Shown: piece by piece, positions 28,524-32,000 of the stretch
Layout of the letters: every line of letters begins with the position of its first letter
How positions within the stretch are numbered: the stretch's first letter is position 1
Origin: Trichlorobacter lovleyi SZ
Lineage (GTDB): Bacteria; Desulfobacterota; Desulfuromonadia; Geobacterales; Pseudopelobacteraceae
Reading direction: 5' to 3'
Assembly (NCBI RefSeq): GCF_000020385.1
Contig: NC_010814.1
Coordinates: 2,670,001 to 2,702,000, forward strand
DNA: 32,000 bases
Program-made: the position numbers and the translations under genes
Notes under the pieces: generated by a model
Seen by the model: only the letters and a program-made list of their open reading frames with translations
What the model was told of the DNA's origin: nothing
The model's database searches: none

Positions 28524-29761
28524 CCGACACGCAGGGCCCTGGGGCACAAACTGCTGGGCGCGTGTCGTTTGTGCGCGCCCTGAGCCTCACCTCCCCTGCG
28601 GCGGCACAAAAAGAACTGGAACGAATCGGGGTTGATCCGGCCGGCATCGTCCGGATGCTCCCCAAACTGGAACAGCAGGCCCTGCTGGTACCGCAGGTCC
28701 GGGCTGCAGCCGCCAACATCCTGAAGCAGGAGATGCTCTCCCTGGGGGGCGATGCTGCGGTGGCACGGGGTACCGTGGCCTGTTCAGTCAGCAGTACCGA
28801 CGTGTTGCTGATCGGCACCCGCAAACAGCTGCTGCTGCTCTGCAGCAAACTGGCAGGACAGCCCTTCGGCCTCAAGGCCCTGGCCCTTGAGATTGCGGCT
28901 TTTCTGAAAACCGTTCAGCATCCGCCGGCCTGCTGGCAGACCTCCAGGCGTCAACTCTCTCTGGAGCGGCCGCTGATCATGGGCATCCTGAATGTCACCC
29001 CGGATTCCTTTTCCGACGGCGGTTGCTACGCTACAATTGAAAAGGCGGTTGAGCGGGCCCTGCAACTGGAAGCTGAAGGGGCTGACCTGCTTGACATCGG
29101 CGGAGAAAGCACCCGGCCCGGGGCACCGCTTATTTCTGCGGAGCACGAGCTCTCACGGGTACTGCCGGTGATTGAGGCGCTTGCCAACAGGCTCACCATC
29201 CCGATCTCGATCGATACCTGGAAAAGCAGCGTGGCTGAGGCCTGTCTGTCTGCCGGGGCAGAGATCATCAATGACATCAGCGGCCTGAACTTTGACCCTG
29301 ATCTGGCAGCGGTGGTTGCCCGGCATCAGGCCGGTCTGGTTGTGATGCACACCCGGGGCACTCCCCAGCAGATGCAGCAGGATACCGGCTACGCGGACCT
29401 GCTGGGTGAGGTGGCGGCCAGCCTGTTGCAGTCGGCTGCAACTGCCCGTGCTGCCGGCATCACCCAGGCACAGATCTGCCTGGACCCCGGCATCGGCTTT
29501 GCCAAGGATCTGCACGGCAATCTGGAACTGCTGCGCCGGCTGCCTGAGCTGGCAAAGCTTGGCTACCCGTTGCTGGTGGGAACCTCACGCAAGGCCTTTA
29601 TCGGCAGGGTTCTGCAGCGGGAGGTTGCTGCCGACCGGCTGTTCGGCACTGCCGCCACCGTAGCCCATGCCGTAACATCCGGCGCCCGGATAGTGCGGGT
29701 GCATGATGTGCAGGCCATGAGAGATGTTGCCCTGATGGCCCATGCCATCAACACCCGCTAA
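28520..29761 (+). CDS. folP: Dihydropteroate synthase with a ~150-aa N-terminal extension
   Basis: The pterin-binding core starts at [17 protein letters not shown] (about residue 153) and includes [10 protein letters not shown] and GTSRKAFIG. The upstream open frame reaches a GTG that overlaps the ftsH stop (GTGA). Confidence 0.88.
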
Positions 29762-29783
29762 CCCTGTACCCCCGAGACAACCA

Positions 29784-30530
29784 ATGAGCTGCCCCATCGA
29801 CCTTAACGGCATCAGTGACAGCATTATCCTGGCCGCACTGATCTATCTCTTTTCCCTGCTGATCCGGCGTGACGTTGCCCTGCGCCTGCTGGGGGTGATG
29901 GGGGTTCTGGTCGTCTTCTCACTGATCGCCCGCCTGATACAGGTTGCCCCGCTGATCCGCGTCATTGACGTGATTATTCTCTCCATGCCGGTTGTCCTGG
30001 CGATCATTTTCCAGAACGACCTGCGCCGCGCCCTGCTGATGCTGGGCAAGCGCCAGCAGCAGACAGCGGATCAACCGGCGGAGGACGGGGCGGTGGATGA
30101 GGTGCTGCGGGCACTGGCCGACCTGGCCAGCCGCCAGATCGGCGCCCTGATTGTGGTGGTCAGACAGCAGCCGATTGAACACCTGATCCAGGTGGGAACC
30201 GACATCGACGCCAAGGTCACCAGTGAACTGCTCAATTCCATCTTCCTGCCCTACTCGCCGATCCACGACGGTGCCGTGATCCTGCACAAGAGCAAGATCA
30301 CCCGTGCCGGCTGCCTGTTGCCCCTTTCCCACAATCCTGACATCTCGAAAAGCTTCGGCACCCGTCACCGGGCAGCCCTGGGACTTTCAGAGCTTTCCGA
30401 TGCCCTGGTGCTGGTGGTTTCGGAGGAGACCGGCAAGATCTCGGCGGTCCATGACAGCAAGATCACCTACGACATCGACCAGAGCGACCTGAAAAAGCTG
30501 TTAAAAAAGGCCATGGCGCACCATGGCTGA
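29784..30530 (+). CDS. cdaA: Diadenylate cyclase CdaA (DisA_N/DAC domain, membrane-anchored)
   Basis: The start is set at the ATG at 29784. Three N-terminal TM segments are present. DAC motifs: PIHDGAVIL (DGA) and GTRHRAALGLSELSDALVLVVSEETGKIS (RHR). Confidence 0.9.
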   Translation: MSCPIDLNGISDSIILAALIYLFSLLIRRDVALRLLGVMGVLVVFSLIARLIQVAPLIRVIDVIILSMPVVLAIIFQNDLRRALLMLGKRQQQTADQPAEDGAVDEVLRALADLASRQIGALIVVVRQQPIEHLIQVGTDIDAKVTSELLNSIFLPYSPIHDGAVILHKSKITRAGCLLPLSHNPDISKSFGTRHRAALGLSELSDALVLVVSEETGKISAVHDSKITYDIDQSDLKKLLKKAMAHHG

Positions 30531-30554
30531 GGAGCATAAAGGAGTGTATTATCT

Positions 30555-31913
30555 ATGAAAAAACTGTTCGGCACCGACGGCGTCCGCGGCGTTGCCAATA
30601 TCCACCCCATGACCACGGAAACCGCCATGCAGCTGGGACGGGCCGCCGCCTATATCTTCAAGAGCAGCAGCCGGCGCCGCCATAGAATCGTGATCGGCAA
30701 GGACACCCGCCTTTCCGGCTACATGCTGGAAAGCGCCCTGGTGGCAGGGATCTGCTCCATGGGGGTAGACGTGCTGCTGGTGGGGCCGCTGCCCACCCCC
30801 GGCATTGCCAACATCACCAAATCGATGCGGGCTGACGCCGGTGTCGTGATCTCCGCCTCCCACAACCCGTTTCAGGATAACGGGATCAAGTTCTTCTCCG
30901 GCGACGGTTTTAAACTGCCGGATGAGATCGAACTGAAGATGGAAAAACTGCTGGACTCAAAGAAGATCGAGGCGTTACGACCCACCGCCACCGAGGTGGG
31001 CAAGGCATTCCGGATTGATGATGCGGCCGGACGCTACATTGTGTTCCTTAAAAACAGCTTCCCCCCGGAGCTGGACCTGGCCGGTCTCAAGATCGTGCTG
31101 GACTGCGGCAACGGTGCCGCTTACAAGGTGGCGCCGGCAGTATTTGAAGAGCTGGGGGCCGAGGTGATCCCGCTGGGAGTCAAGCCCAACGGCACCAACA
31201 TCAATGCCGGCTGCGGCTCGTTGCACCCGGAGGTGATCAGCGAGGCGGTCAAACAGCACCGGGCTGATATCGGCATTGCCCTGGATGGTGATGCTGACCG
31301 GGTGATTGTCTGCGATGAATTCGGCAATGAGGTCAACGGCGATCAGATCATGGCGATCTGCGCCACCGACATGATTGCCCGTAAACAGCTGAAAAAGAAG
31401 ACCCTGGTGGCCACGGTCATGAGCAACATGGGTCTGGATATCGCCCTGCGCAAGGTGGGCGGCAAGATCATCAAGACCGCCGTAGGCGACCGTTATGTAG
31501 TGGAGGAGATGCGCAAAGGAGGGTATAATCTGGGGGGTGAGCAGTCCGGGCACCTGATCTTTCTGGACAACAACACCACCGGTGACGGCGTGTTGGCGGC
31601 ACTGCAGTTGCTGGCCGTGATGCGGCGCCGGGAAAAACCGCTCTCGGAGCTGGCAGAGGTGATGATCCCGCTGCCCCAGGTGCTGGTCAACGTACGGGTC
31701 AGGGAACGCCAGGATATCATGACCATCCCCCCGGTTGCCGTTGCCATCAAAGGAGTTGAGGAAAAACTGGGCAATGAAGGCAGGGTCCTGATCCGCTACT
31801 CCGGAACCGAGCCGCTGCTGCGGATCATGCTGGAAGGGCAGGACAAATACGAAATAACCGGATGGGCCAACGAGATCGCCGATCTGGTCAGGCAGCAGAT
31901 AGGAGAGAAGTAG
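30555..31913 (+). CDS. glmM: Phosphoglucosamine mutase
   Basis: 452 aa with the active-site serine motif [16 protein letters not shown], the Mg loop DGDADR and GEQSGH. Confidence 0.96.
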
Positions 31914-31914
31914 C

Positions 31915-32000
31915 ATGGCAAAGCTGGGCTTGAATGTTGATCATATCGCCACGGTCCGTCAGGCCCGCGGCGGCAGTGAACCTGATCCGGTGACCGCTGC
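31915..32000 (+). CDS. pdxJ: Pyridoxine 5'-phosphate synthase, N-terminal fragment (runs off the window)
   Basis: [28 protein letters not shown] matches the conserved PdxJ N-terminus (LGVN.DH.AT.R.AR...P.P). AGGAGAGAAG lies upstream. Confidence 0.75.
   Translation, partial: MAKLGLNVDHIATVRQARGGSEPDPVTA

Overview
The window looks like a chromosomal segment from a Geobacteraceae/Desulfuromonadales-type deltaproteobacterium. This is an inference from gene content and order and from roughly 60% GC by hand count; no database was consulted. Most of the window is conserved housekeeping DNA. On the minus strand: ilvD, a lipoprotein gene, ilvB-ilvN-ilvC, then psd-pssA. On the plus strand: a PstS-like binding protein with a methyl-accepting chemotaxis protein, glgP-rarA, a small Trp-rich ORF, pfk, then pfkA-corA-tilS-ftsH-folP-cdaA-glmM-pdxJ. 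The part worth a second look is a ~6 kb AT-richer accessory island (about 16.84-22.93 kb) sitting between the two phosphofructokinase paralogues. It holds a secreted Cys/aromatic-rich orphan and an IS5-family element with a CTAG target duplication that splits an 81-codon mini-membrane ORF. It also holds three same-strand orphan ORFs: one with an 'MC...GSHDGCSCGF' signature, one with a HEPN-like R-x6-H motif, and one membrane-anchored. A 22-nt exact repeat occurs twice in the island, and a hipA-family kinase gene is followed, not preceded, by a translationally coupled XRE-type HTH gene. My best candidate for an undescribed system is the HEPN-like plus membrane-protein pair bracketed by the 22-nt repeats. 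The reversed hipA-HTH module next to it is the second candidate. I found no rRNA, tRNA or CRISPR array. All functional calls come from motifs read in the supplied translations and none was verified by search.
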